A program made the position numbers and the translations under genes. A stretch of DNA of 64,000 bases from positions 22,861-86,860 of the forward strand of contig CDMY01000511.1 of the NCBI GenBank assembly GCA_001179505.1, given 5' to 3'. The notes under the pieces were generated by a model. It was not told where the DNA came from. It saw only the letters and a program-made list of their open reading frames with translations, and searched no databases. Source of the stretch: Vitrella brassicaformis CCMP3155. Its lineage: Eukaryota > Protista > Chromerida. Positions 23,928 to 37,421 of the stretch are shown piece by piece (within the stretch, counting starts at the first letter, position 1; every line of letters begins with the position of its first letter).

Positions 23928-26480
23928 ATGCGTGTGCATCGGATCTTTTTCGCCGCATTAGTTCTCGTTCTCCAATGCACCTCCCAGGCCAAGCCCAACA
24001 GGTCAGCCACATTGCCAGAAGAGAGGAAGATCTCTCCAGTGCTGCAGGCGCAGATCTCTCTCTGTACATGGTGTGTTGTGTGATGCGCAGGAAAAAGGTC
24101 AGCCGGGCATTTTTCCATCGCATCCGCTCAGCCGACGGCACCGGCAGCAAGATCAGTAAGCCGCCACAAGAACTCCAACACACTCCGTTTCCCCTCGTGT
24201 GTTTGGCCCTGCAGATGCCCTCCGTCATTCGTTGGATGCCCTTCGCAGCCGCGTCAACCGCTTCAAGAAGCTGCTGCTCGGTGCCGAGCGGGTGTTGCAG
24301 TCCGATGAGGCCATCGTGCGCCGCAGTCATCTGGCGCATGGGAAGAAGAGAGGCTTGCACGGGCAGATCCCGCTGGAGAACAATGACGACTCGAGTGTGC
24401 AGGACTGGGCCGACGACCTCGTCAGCGACCCCGGCGATATCATGGACGCCGGCGACATGATGGCTGGAGGGGCCCAAGGGGAGAAAGAGCACACCACCCA
24501 CCACCCGCCGCCAGAGACGCACCATAATGACGCCTCCTATCCCCCTCCTCCCCCGCCACCCCCACCTCACGACCCCTACTATGCGCCTCCCTCGCCGCAC
24601 ATGGACTACTACCCACCCCCGCTTCATACAGAGGAGAACTCACCCCATCCGCCGCCGTATGAGCACTATCCGCCCCATCATGACCATCACCACCACTACG
24701 ATCATGGCCATTCTTACGACCCGGCACACACCCACGACCCCAGCATGTACCCGCCGATGGTGACACACGAGCCCGACTACATCGATGTGAATGACGAGGC
24801 CCACATGGGCCACGTGGAGCACTACCACCACGACATGGGGGAGTGGCACGAGCACATCGACAACGGCACGTATGAACCCTTCCACGCTATGGACAGCTAC
24901 CATGTCGAGACCATCTGGGACTATGGCCTCATGGTGAGGCGAGAAAAAGATATAGACAGACATGCTCGTATGCCTCACGGTGTCTTCGCGCGCGTGTGTG
25001 TGTGTTCAGAATCCCGGTGCTCCTTTGTATGTGATGGATCTGGGTTTGGACGCTCACTACGCCAAGGTCATCATGCCACATAACCCAAACCCGGTCAGTC
25101 AGCAAGACACGCACAAACACATACATTGAGACTCAGGGATCTTGCTATTCGTCCCCGATCTGTAGGTTGTGATAGCGGGAATGCCGACAGCGTGGGGTGA
25201 GCCTGAGGTCGTGGTTCGCATCAGCGAGGTGACGCCGGAGTCGTTCCTTGTCCATCTGGAGGAGAGCTCCTGCCTAGATCAGTGGCACGACTGGGAAAAT
25301 GTCGACATTATGGTTGGTGGGGGCAAGCAGGAATGGGTGCCTGCTGCTTTGAGGAGAAGGGCACGTCACATATGTGTGTGTGTGTGTGTGTACTTGTGTG
25401 TACTTATTGTGTGTGCCAGGTGCTGGAGGCAGGGAATGGGCGAGACCTGAACGGCATCCAATACTGGGGTGGGTATACTGTCACGAAATGTTCTCATACA
25501 GTCAGTCACATGAGCATCTCCTTACCTCCCCCCTCCCCCCTCCCCCCTCCCGCTCTGTCTGTCTGTCTGCCTGTACAGCTGGCAAGACCTTCATCCCCGG
25601 CGACCAACAATGGCATCACATCCACTTCCCCGACATGCTCGACCAGCCGAAAGTCTTCGTACAGGTCCGCACATGCACGCGTCACTCAATCAAACGAAGG
25701 AACCTCTGGCCCATTCTCTTCCCCCGTTTGTCCGGATGTGTGTGTGCAGGTGCAGACGATGGCGTCCGACAGGATGTTTGTCAAGGCCCGTGTGCGCAAC
25801 GTGACGGAACTTGGGTTCGAGGTGGCTCTCGAGACCGAGGGGATCGACCTCGTCAACGAGGACGAGCCCGACACATTCATGGGCGAAGGTCAGCTGACTG
25901 ACGAGACACCTTCCTGTCGCTCTCACTGTCCCCTCGATTCCCCCGACTCACGCCAATGTGCAGACGTTGGGTGGGTCGCATTTGTCGGCTCCGAGGGCAG
26001 CTGGATCGACGGCGCAAAAGTCAGAGTCGGAGAAACGGTATTGACAGGCAGATAATAGGAGGAGACATTTACGTGTGTGACGATGTTTTCGCGTGTGTCT
26101 CAGCACGACGTGGGGTCGCACTGGCACTCGATCAGCACACACGAGTTTACGGGATGGCCGTGGGTTTTCGGGAGCATCACGTCATTCGACAGCAAACAGG
26201 CAGCACGTAACCAATCCGACACGAGATGCGTCTCCTCTGATTGCGATTGTGTCGGTGTATGTGTGTATGTACGGTGCTGCAGATTTGCGCAAGGACGGCA
26301 TGTCGATGGACAGCCAGCACTTCTCTGTCAAAGTGCAGAACGAATCGTGCACCGACCCGTTAGGCACTTTCACAGATACAAACACACACAAGGCCGCCCC
26401 ACTGCTTGCCTGTCTGTTTGCAGCGACGAGATAGATGGCCCTGCGGGCGGCGAGTCAGTGGCGTGGATCGCATTCGACGC
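23928..26480 (+). CDS. Secreted His/Pro/Tyr-rich protein with about 3 H-type-lectin-like repeats (N-terminal part)
   Basis: Signal peptide MRVHRIFFAALVLVLQCTSQA and a YPPPPPPPPPHDPYY/HHDHHHH region. Repeats read VVVRISEVTPESFLVHLEE, VKARVRNVTELGFEVALE and ...HFSVKVQNE, each followed by a hydrophobic ending such as GWVAF or AWIAF. Confidence 0.7.
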
Positions 26481-26679
26481 ACCACGTAACACAGACACAC
26501 AGACACACAGACACACAGACACACAGACACACAGACACCCACACACACACACACACACGGGGAGAGAGGGAGAGGGAGAGAGACATATGGGGACACACGG
26601 CTGCCTGCATATGGAACATGCCCTGGTGTCTCCTCTCTCAGGGTGCTTCCCCTGTCCTCCCTGCTACTGTCGCCCTCCG

Positions 26680-28610
26680 CCCCCACCAAATGAATGCGAT
26701 GGTGAGAAGAAAGAAAGACCTGAGCTGTCAGTGGTCCGTATGCGGCCCTTCCGTGCTTCCCTCAGACACGAAGGCCCAGCTGGCAGCGGAGCTACATACA
26801 TACGAAGCCATCCTCGACCAAATCGTAAGCGGCACGCACACATCCACCCAACCAGACACACGCAAACCCCGCCCCATCTCCGTGTGTGCCTTTTGCTGCC
26901 CGCGTATGTGCAGTGGGAGGAAATGAACAAGAAGATCCACGCCATCACGGCAACAGAGGCCCACCTCATGGCCGCCGGCTGCGCCCCAGCCGACTACCCC
27001 GGCCCACCACACGACTATGACGACGGCGGATGGATGTCATTCACACAGAGGACGGCAAAGCAGCGGAGACACATCCATCACAATCACCGCGCCACAATGC
27101 GACAAAGGGGCGGTGTTGGGTCGGGTGCGTCGAGGGCCACTGATTGGGTGAACGACCGGAGGCGTCGAGAGAGGGCCATGCAGCTGAGGCAGAGGCATGA
27201 CCCGGGCGCCCACGACCACCACGATTACTACGAGTGTCCGATGTGCGACATGTGCCACTGCCCCGCACCGCCGCCACACGAGGAGCAGTGCTGGTGTAAG
27301 GCAGACGACACACACACATACACACACACACACACGTGTGTGCAGGGGGAAAGAGGTGAAGGCATGGTGTGCTGGTCCTGTTGTTATCTGCAGATGACGT
27401 CATGGAGATGCAGTATGATCTGTCTTACTTCCAAATGGACATTAACAACTTCGTAAGACAGCAAAGACACACACAGACCTGTTGTCATTGTCAATATCTC
27501 CATCTCCATCTCATCTATCTCTCTGTGTGTGTGGCTGGCTGCATTCAGGAGTGGGATTTGATGAACATGGAGCACTACTTGACGTGGATCAAGGACCAGC
27601 GGCAGGAGTGCAAGACACACCAGGAGGAGACACAGAGCCAGGGGGCCTGCGCAGGCCTCGACCACGGCAACTGCACACAATACTCTTACTGTGCATACCT
27701 CACCTTCCCACTCCCCAACCACACCGTCACCGGATGTGTCGACTGGCGGTCATTCGCAGGTCAGCGACCCCAGCAGAGAAAACGTCAACATGAGCAGACA
27801 CGTGTGTGTGTCTCTCCCTTTTCATCAGATCGTGAGTTCGACACCTGCAATGACTTCAGCCACTCTCTTTTCGGCTTCCTGAATCTACACTCGCCCAACG
27901 TGATGCACATCCCACCTGGCCATGGACCCATCTACACGGATAACTTCGACCCCCACAACACCGAGCATCCCCACCCATCACACGAGACGGAATACGACGT
28001 CGGCAGCGCCGACCAGCCGACGGCAGAGCCCTACGAACATTTCCCCAGCGACATGCCGCACCATCCCTCGCCACCCCCTCCTCACGATGACGGGTCTTAC
28101 TATTCCCCTCCCCCACCCCCACACACTGACTACTACCCGCCCCCTCCCCCACCCCCTCCTGCTGACCACTCGCCGCCACCAGAAGAGTATGAGGATTATC
28201 CTCCAGGCCCGCCACACGAGGGAGAGCATTCACCCCCGTCGCCCCCTCCACCAGCAGCAGCAACGGATAGCAGCCCCCATCCCCCGATGGCCATGATGAT
28301 GCCCACCCGCCTCCACTCTCATCTGTACGCCTCGGCGATGCACATCCCCGACCCAGGCCACCCTGGCGAGCACCCCCCGGCACATATGAGCGACGGAGGC
28401 TTTGGCGCTTCCTCGGTCGAGTGCGGCACGGGTGGGGGCGACTCGTGGTTGTACTGGATAGCCAGTGGCGACATCATCGACGACTCCCTGGGGTGGGACG
28501 GCCATGACGATAACGTCACTGATGCGGGTGGGTTCTCAGGTGTGGTGCAGAGACCCGTGCTGCACCGGGTGGCCAACGGGAGGGGAGAGGGGGCCAGGCA
28601 AGGCAGATAG
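26680..28610 (+). CDS. Cys-rich and extensin-like His/Pro/Tyr-rich region; either a continuation of the 23928 gene or a second gene, probably truncated
   Basis: CPMCDMCHC...CWC, further Cys-containing exons, and YYSPPPPPHTDYYPPPPPPPP. The frame runs toward the duplicated block at about 28.6 kb. Confidence 0.6.
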
Positions 28611-28682
28611 ACACACAAGGGTAGACAGGGCTTTGCTTGAGACGGCCTCTGTAAGCCAGTCAGCCCGTTTTCGGCAGGGCGT

Positions 28683-31600
28683 TTGAATGAATGTTGTTGA
28701 GGCTTTGGTAGTGAGGTGTTTGACTGTCTGCACGAGAGACTGATGGATGGTCGGATGGATGGATGGGTCGAATGTCGACTCACGGCGGTGTGCATTCATT
28801 CAATGGAAAGTATCGCACATAGGCAGCCGCACTGCATCAGAGTCCGCCCATCCATCCATCCATGCGGCATGTATGTAGTCAGAGAGGATTGAGCGACCGA
28901 TAGATACGTATACACATCTAGCTACACAAGGAAAGATGCACCCATGCAAGCCAGGCCAGGCAAGGAAGGCAGATTGATCCCAGCTCACCATGTGCGAGGG
29001 TATGGTATGCAGGCTGGTAGGTAAGTATGTACATGCTAGGCAAGGCAGATACGCACCGCCAAAAAGGTATACCAGCCAGCACAAAAGGCAGGCCGCATTG
29101 ACTTGACGAGGGGAAACGAGGCACACAAACCACTTCTCGGCCCCCAATTGTGTGTGTGTGTGTGTATGGTGCTCTTAAACGAATAAGGATAGCGCACATG
29201 CTATCTCCTGGCGGCAAATGGGGCAGACGCGCTCGCTCTGCGGCTTGGCCATCAAGTTGTCGGAGCACTGCTGGCACACGGACAGATGCCTCTGACACAC
29301 ACACACCCCACAACGACACATATGTCAGCCAATGCCTCCGCGTGTGTGCGTGTGTGTGTTGCGTGCTTACACATGGGAGGAAGGCGACGCACCTGTCCCG
29401 CTCGAAGCACTCGCAGCACAACTGCGCTGTCTCCTTTTGCTGCGTCTTGTTTAAGGGCGACTCACTCCTGACCGGCTGCTGCTCGACCTGCACGTTCTGC
29501 AAACACCTGAACCCCTCCCCCACCCCACAGACGCACAGACAACATATTTGGCAGTGTCCCACGTCCATGGTGTTGGCTTACTGCTGCATATGCGCGTCGG
29601 CCTCTTTGCGGAGCGCCAGCATCTCACGTTCTTTGCGCTCCAGCCCCCTCAGGCAAACGACGTACAGCTTCCTGGCGAAGACGTCGTGGCGCTCTCTGGC
29701 ACGCTTGGTCAGCTGGTCCAAGTGCCGCTCGACGTCCTGGCTGATGCCCACCAGCCGATCCAAACGGCCCGCGTCATGGCACTCCTTGATCTGCTCCTCA
29801 ATCAGCTGACGCTCTTCCTCATCGGTAGCACGACTGCATACACCACACACACAGACATGACTGCCATCCATTCGGCCGTGTGTGTCTCTATGTTCTCTCA
29901 CATGAAGTGCAGGCCCATGAGCTTGCGATACTCATTTTCGAGCTGTGACTCCCCGCTGCCCCCAGCCCCTCCCTGCTGCTGCGTGGTGTCTAAGGGCGAC
30001 TCACTGCTGGCCGGCGATGGTGACGGACCGGACGCTGTCACGCCCGGCTGCTGCTGCACTTGCACGTTCTGCGAAAACCTGAACGCCCACCCCCCATAGA
30101 CGCACAGACAAGAGACTTGGCAGTGTCCCACGTCCATGGTGTTGGCTTACTGCTGCATGTCCGCCTGGTCGGCTCGGTTGGCCCTCGCGAGCGCACCAAC
30201 AGCGTCCTCCAAGATGACGCGGAAGTCTCTGGCACGCCTGCTTAGCTGCTCCAAGTGAAGCACACCGTCCTTGCTGATGCGATGCAAACGGTCCGCGTCA
30301 TGGACGTCGTTGATCTGCTCCTCAATCTCGGTAGAATGACTGCATTCAGCACACACAAACAGATACGCAGACACGCCGTCCTCGCGTGTCTGCTCCGCTC
30401 ACCAGAAGTCCAAGCTCAAGGCGGTCTGGTACTCCCTCTCCAGCTCCCCGTTGGACAAACGGATGAGCAGCTCATTGATCATATCCTGGCGCTCCTTGAG
30501 GATCAGCATGATGTGGAGAGGTCTGCAGGGGCCAGGGACCCGGGCAAGATGGCGGCTGATGTTGTCGAGGGCCTCGTGTGCATGACGGACCATCCTCTGA
30601 CTCCGCCAACTGATGCATGGGCCAACCCAAACAGACACAGACAGACAGACAGACAGACAAAGAGAAGGAAATGGCACTGTTGCCGTCTTTGAGTTGAGCG
30701 CGTGCCACGGACCTTGCGATGAGAGTCTTGATCTCGTCATCAGCCGTGAAGTACCCTATGTGGCACTCTTCCATGTAGGAGGGCCTGTCTTGCGTCCCGT
30801 TCACATTGAGCTGAATGCCCTTCATCTCCAATGTTCTCTTCACCTTGACGATACGCCTGCACACACACATACACACACGCACACACACACAGGGACCATG
30901 TGCCCACCCTCTAACCGTCGTCTGTAAGTGCTCTGTCTCGTTGTCTTCCTTACTGGTATAGATGCTTCTTGTCGGCCTGAGACGCCGGCATGGCGGGCAG
31001 GTCTCTAAACGTGACGACACCTACATGCAGTGCAGTGCCACGCACACCACATCCAACACACGTGGCAGGCAGGCAGGCAGGGAGGCTCTAGTTGTCTACC
31101 GTGAGATGTGGTGCGCGACTTGTTTGTGACGGCACTGCTCTCAACCAGCCCATCTTGGCGGTCCTGCACACACATGACACCCCACCACAGACACACCATC
31201 CATTCGACGCTTTCCCTCCCGTCGTGTTGCGCCTGACTGACCAACTGACCTTCACGGCGTAGATTTCGATGTCCTCAGCAGTGAAGTCGACACACCCCAC
31301 CAGACTCTCCCACTTGGTGATGAGAGACGCGCGGAGTGCGAAATCGACTTCCCCCCTGGTCCTGCTCGGCCATACGAAGTGACAGACGCGACGGAGGTCA
31401 CCGGCAGGGCCATACACCACCCCAGGGTCATCAGCAGGGAACAGCATGTCATCCGTCGCGGAGAGGCCATATCTGGCGTAGCCCAGCCAGAGGCGGCCTC
31501 GTCCGATGGCCACACTGCCCGTCGGCCACCCCACCATGTCCGTCACTGCCCCCAATGGCCCCACCACCTCCACCACCCAGTCTTCCTCCGGCACCTGCAC

Positions 31601-34081
31601 CCTCGTGATGCCCTCATCCTGGCTGATGGAGAAGAAGGTCACGGGGCACTTGATGAGCGCCGTGTGAGAGTCGGACCGGGGGGGCGGGAGAGGGAGAGGG
31701 TTGCCGAGTAAGCAAGCGAGTTTGTCTGTGTCGGTGCGCTTGACCACCAGCAGGAGGGGCGTGGCTTTGTCGATGAGGTGGCGGTGCTTGGCCACCTGCA
31801 GAAGGGAGCTCCCCACGCCGACCTTGGCCATCATTGTCTCATACGACCAGCCGTCACGACGGCCCCTAATCGGAGAGGAACAAAACGCAAGGACACGATG
31901 GTGCTCTGCACATTCTCTTTGTGTGTGTGTCTGCATTGCCTGCCTCACTTGTAGAGGAGCTGTGCGCAGGCCTTCCCCTCCCATGCCGCGTTGACCAGGT
32001 GGTTCAGCTGCGACTCGGGCAATACGGGGCAGCTACCTCGTCACTCCAAACCTGCCCACGATTAGACACACATCAATTAACTCGCAACCTGCTCTAGCCG
32101 ACCCACCCACCCACTCACCTCATAGAATTCGATGCCCCGAGCCCTTCCGACCATTGCACCGGTGCCTTTGAATGAGTCTGCGCCGTTCCGCAGGTGCACC
32201 GTCCGCTGCTGCGTCTCCTCCGCAGATGGGTCGAGACACACGCGGCACTTGCGCATATCGTCGTCCTTGCCGACCCCGAGCCACACCCGCCCGCCGGCCA
32301 AGGCCACACGGCCCTTCACTGTCTCATCGTTGGTGGCCTTGACGGCGCCAGTGACACCGCCGTGGACTCCCGCGGCGACGACGAAGTGGTCGTGCTGTCT
32401 GTCGTCCTCAGGCGGCAGTGTGGTGGTGATGATGGGCTTATTGCCTTCCTTCATGGTCATCCTGTGAAGGGTGACCTTGCGGCCGGTCAGCTGGGGGCAT
32501 GTGCTGTCCGTGCGGAGGGGGAGGGGGCCGTCAATGTGGCAGATGAGCCGCTCCGCGTTGTTCGTCTCGAGGACCATCAGGCGGCCTCGTGACGAACCAC
32601 CGCCACCCAGGTGGTCCAGGAGGTCAGCATACGGCACAGCATGCTCCTCACCAACACAGCTCCTACACACGCACACACACACACACACACACACACGTGT
32701 TATGCTTCTGAGCGTGCCCTTCCCTTGTTGTTCGTTTCCGTACGTGTAGAGGTGGCGGATGTTGTATTTCTTGCCCAGGATGCAGCGGTAGGCTTGCTCG
32801 AAGATGCCATACATCTCACACGCATCAGCCAGCCCCCTCGGGTCGTCAGAGGAAGGTGGATATGCCGGGCCGGCGCCCTCGATCCCGCCGTCACCCGAGA
32901 TCCGAATGCGCCGCGCCCAGTCGACCACCCTGCACATAGGAGAGAGAGAGAGAGAGAGAGACGGTCCCAGACAGCACCCGGTATGTCGTGTACTGAGTGG
33001 TGCTGTGGCTTGCGTGGCATGCACAGCACGCCACAGCTGACGTGCGTACTTCTGGAAGTGTAGGACCTGCTTCTGGAACTGCTCCACAGTCTCACCCGTT
33101 CCTCGCGAAACAGTCGTGCTAAACCTGTCACTGGCACAACACAACACAACACACACACACAGAGCCAACGATGGGTGAATTGCGACGCTTCCTTCCCTCC
33201 CTCTAACTGACTGACCGACCGGTCAAATCGGCCTCTGAGTCCCTCGAAATGTTCCAGCGTGGCATCGGTTGTGGACACCGCGCATGTGCCGGTGCTGCCG
33301 TCGGTGAAGGTCATGGTCTTGACCTCCCGCCCGCCCGTCCCGCCACATTCGGTCTTGATAAAGGGCCCCATCACGGTCTTGAAGTCACGGAGGGCGTCAC
33401 TGCTCTCGTCACCGGGCTGTGCGTTGACGGTCAGGTCGGGCGGTGCTGGGCTGCCCTGCGCCTGGGTGTCGGTGCTCATCGATGTGCGGGCGAGGAAACG
33501 GTGGCGATACTCAGAGAAGTCCCACGAGTCCAAGGCACCCGTGTCCACACCACGCAACAGCCCAGCCAACCTGTCAGCCAGAAGCACCCAGCAACAGACA
33601 GAAAGGTAGCTGTGAGTGACTAACTGCCCACGTGTGTGTGTGTGTGTGTGATGCACTCAACTCACCGGATGAAGTACTCTGGATCAGCGTCTTTGAACGG
33701 GATGCCTCTGTCATCGGTCAGCAGCCAGTCCTCAAAGCGAAGCAGCACTGTGATGGGCGTACCCTGCCACTCAGAACGAAGCAGTTCAGCTACCGGGAAG
33801 TCGATGACACGGCCGCCGACGTTGATCTTCATCATTTGACTGTTGCTGCCGCTGCTGGTGGTGGTGGCAGGGCTGCTCGTCATCGCGCTCTTCATCGTTG
33901 TTTCTGCGCCGCTCGCAACACAAGCAGACATGCAGCACAAGATGCAGTTGGCATTTTTCTTGCTGTGCTTCCTGCAGGTTTGGCTCACTTGTACCGTAAT
34001 GCGACGGGGATGATTCCAAGACCAGGAAGGAGATGGCTTCCAGCTCGCAATGATATCAACGGCTCGGACGAACGGCTGCGT
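28683..34081 (-). repeat. Right arm of the inverted segmental duplication
   Basis: Reverse-complement match to about 7800-13617. Confidence 0.93.
29175..33895 (-). CDS. BTB-BTB-TLDc-TLDc-coiled-coil repeats-C3HC4 RING protein (candidate E3 ubiquitin ligase), apparently intact copy
   Basis: KCTD-like BTB (INVGG...D..GIPFKDADPEYF) and a second BTB-like block (VVDWARR...LADACEMYGI). Two TLDc-like blocks, the second ending DFTAEDIEIYAV. RING: CCECFERDRCVAFLPC|RHLCVCQQC...CPIC, stop at 29175. That this is a single gene is inferred from the splice sites. Confidence 0.72.
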
Positions 34082-34269
34082 GTTTGATACTTATACTGGA
34101 CACGTGTGATAGACATCGCTATTGACGCTCAAGCATGACTCGCAAGCGGCAGATCTGGCGGCCAGCCGGCCGGCAGCAAGGTACTGAAGCCATTGATGGT
34201 GCATTCTTTCGGCTGTTGCTGATGCATCTCATTTCCTGCAGGTGGCGCCCTCGCTGAAGCCGCTTCGTC

Positions 34270-37200
34270 GTCTGCTGATGGCGATTGTGCCGCTGATGGC
34301 GGTACGGAGGATAGCGAGGCTGCCGCGGCCGTTTTCAAGGTACATGATCACAAGCAGCAGCATCCAATGTGTTGTCCAGTCGTCCTTCTTTGGTTCGTTT
34401 GGGTGCTGCTGAACGACAGGCCATTCGGATGCAGGGCTGGTTCGGTATCTCTGTGGTACGTAAGAATGCAACGACAAACAAATGGCTCAAGCGGAGGTGG
34501 CAGATGCATTCATTCTTTTGTGTTTGCCGTCCGTGTGTGCGCAGCCTCGAGAGCTCCACGTCGACGTCTATGCATTCGTCAATCCCATATGGTGTCTGAA
34601 GCCGCCCCTGCCCTCCCCACTCAGCGGCGTCGTCCTGCAGCACCACACCGAGCTCGTCATCGACTACAGCATCACTCGGCAGCGGAGATTCTGGAGCAGC
34701 ATGGCGCCGCAGACGGCATACGAACTCGGCCAACAGATGATCAACCTCACATGTCTCGTCCATCGGATTCCGCGGACACCTGATGGGGCAGAGGGGACCG
34801 AAGATGGCTACTTGGGGCACGGTGCGTTTGCTTGGTGCCTTGGGGTCGTCATCGCACTCGTCGAGGGCCATGCGGCGGGACGGCAGGCGGCGCGCGACAA
34901 GGAGGGACCAGCCACCGGCATGCCCGAGGGCTCGCTCAAGTCACTGAGCTTCGAGCCGGTGGTGTGTCCCAACACCGGACGAGACGAGATCAACCAGCTT
35001 AACAATACCAATGCCAACCCCCCGGCTGCCGCCCCTTCTCAAGCCATCAACCTGCCGGCACTCACCGAGGCCAGCGGGGTCCACATCGCCCACTCGGTCA
35101 TCGATGGGCGGGGATGGGCCATGCCAGCGATCAAGTGTGTGTCTGCACCGTTGTCCGACGAGATAGCGCCCATCAGGCCATTCGTTGCCACGGCGAGGTC
35201 CCTCGTCAATCTGGATGGGGTCCTGCCGGCGCCATCACAGGTAGCCGAGTTGCTGGCGGCAATCCCAGTAGGGCAGCGGTGGAGGCAGGGGCCTCTGGCG
35301 AAGCTGCGGACGATCGGCTCCATCAAGCTCTACGAAGTCGAAGCGGGTGATCTCACAGACGGCCTTCGGGACCTCCAGGTGGGTGACATAGAGAGAAACA
35401 CAGGAGGCCAGAGATCACATTGACGCCTTCTTGGCTCTGTCGGGTGTGCTCTTCTTGCTTGCAGACGTGCTTGGTTGGTCGAGGCTGCTCGAAGTCTCTG
35501 GATCTCCTGTGCGTAGAGGTGCATCGCAACGACTGTCATTCGCTGATCCTCAACGACTACTCGACATTCAAGGCCCTCGCCTCACTGATCGACGCGACCT
35601 GCTCGCCCTCGGGCACGGTCAGCATCTGCAGTCACCCCTTTGCCGACGAGGAGGTGCGAGACATCCCTCTCCCCCATCTGCTGGCCTACACCCGGTTCGA
35701 TTTCAGCAAGCTGCCTGCCTGCGGTCTTCCACTGCTCAATGCGCTGCTCCAGACATACGCTGTCTCCAGACATGCGCTGGTCTCAATGCGGCATGCGCTG
35801 GATGAAATTCTCCCCTCTGCCCGAGAATCAAGGCGCATGGCCCGATCTTCTCCCAATGCCGCTACGTCTGGACGGTCACGCAGGACCAAGTCGCCCTCCC
35901 CCAGAACGGCCCTATCGCTCACAGCATGCAGAGTGGGCTGGTGTTGCGAGGCAGTGGGACTGAGGGATACAGCATTTCCATCGAGTGTGCGGACGGATGG
36001 ACCCCGCCACCCGATGCGGTCCCACCTGAGCCGCCCGAGATCGAGGCCTTCAGCCCGATCGGGCTCCTTGCGGTGACAGGTCTGACCGTCAAGAGCCGCA
36101 TCGGGCTGGGAGTGGCCAACATGCTGCTGAGCAAGGGGGCGCAATGCGATCTCGGCAACGTGCAGCTGATGGACATGGCGCCTGCAGACGTGCTGGACCT
36201 GCTCAAGGGCATTCGGGCGTCGCAGATGCCGAGCCAGGTGCAGCTCGCCTCCCTGACGCCCTCCTGGCAGCTGCCTGTGCCGCCCTTTCGACGGACGGCT
36301 GGGGAGAGTGCAGACACTCACTGCCAGAGGGGACATCGCCATCCGCCTGGCGGCACTCATGAGACCCCTCATGACCTCGCTGGACCAGCTCACCATGTCC
36401 GGCAGTGAGACAGAGGCGCGCCAGGTCCTCATCAGCAGAGGCTCAGGCGGCTCCCCTCGCCAGATCAACGGCCTGAGCCTGGGCTTTGTGTCTGAGGCTG
36501 GCCGTGAGCTCATCAAGGCTGAGGACGAGAGGGAGGGCATCACACTGGGCGATTACAAGGATGACCTGCCAAGCATCAAAAATCTAATCATGCACCTAGA
36601 CGGTAAGTGGCCAAGAGATGGAAAGAATGCGCTCCACGTCTCTGTGCCTCCGTGTCTCCATGTCTCGGTTGTTGCAGTGCCGTCTGCCGCTGTGGTTGAT
36701 CCGGGGACCTTCATTCTGTCGAGCATCTGGTCGGCCCTCGAGGTAGAGTCCATCTCTCAGCTGGGGGTCGTCCTGCCCCAGCACCCCCATCTGGATGCCC
36801 TCAAGGCAGCGATGCAGCGACGATTTGCTCCCCAGCGGATAGCCATCCAGCCCCAGCGGATAGCCATCCACGGCATGGACACAGAAGTGCGTTACGTCAT
36901 GACGGCCGGTGCACATCAGATCTTCAGCTTCATTTACCTCTCGGGAGGGCGGATAGAGCTCTTCATGACCGCAGAGCACATCGCAGCGGTAAGAAAAGAC
37001 ACAAATCTGGGTAGATGCGCATGGAGGGAAGGAGGCACCCTGTTATTTCCTTGCAATGTGTCTGTGTTTATCCACCAGTTGCGCAAGGCGGCATTTGCCT
37101 ACTCGTCGACTGGCTACCTCCCCTCCCTTCCACCCGATGCCACAGCCAAGGCGCTCGCCACCGACTTCACCGGCCGCGTGAATGCTGCTAGCCCCATGAG

Positions 37201-37414
37201 TGTGATCGATCCCCCCTATACGCCTCGACCGCTCAAGGCGCCACTCATGTCCGTCATGCAGCAGCGCGGCCTGGCGATGGAGCCCATGCTGCGGCTGCAT
37301 GGCGGCAGGCCGTGTCTCACCAGCCCCTCGGTGATCGCCTCTGCCGCTCAGCTGATAGCCGTAGTGCAGAAGACGGGCAAGCGCATCACAGGCCTCCAGC
37401 TGCTCTACAAGTAA
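34270..37414 (+). pseudogene. Large hypothetical protein of a lineage-expanded type, with apparent frameshifts
   Basis: Coding-like ORFs 34482-35423, 35420-36076, 35926-36408 and 36308-37414. Some are joined by GT-AG introns (about 35381-35464, 36603-36678, 36989-37078). Frame changes near 35830 and 36255 have no obvious intron. Confidence 0.55.
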
Positions 37415-37421
37415 GGAGCAT

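Noticed and set aside
7800-34081. Reading the inverted arms as TIRs of a Maverick/Polinton or endogenous virus
   Set aside because: No DNA polymerase B, integrase, packaging ATPase or capsid ORF is visible. The arms are intron-rich host-type genes.
35686-36543. Long antisense ORFs opposite GC-rich exons (also 14859-15800, 23755-24627, 53852-54877)
   Set aside because: Shadow frames expected at high GC; the opposite strand carries the coherent coding signal.
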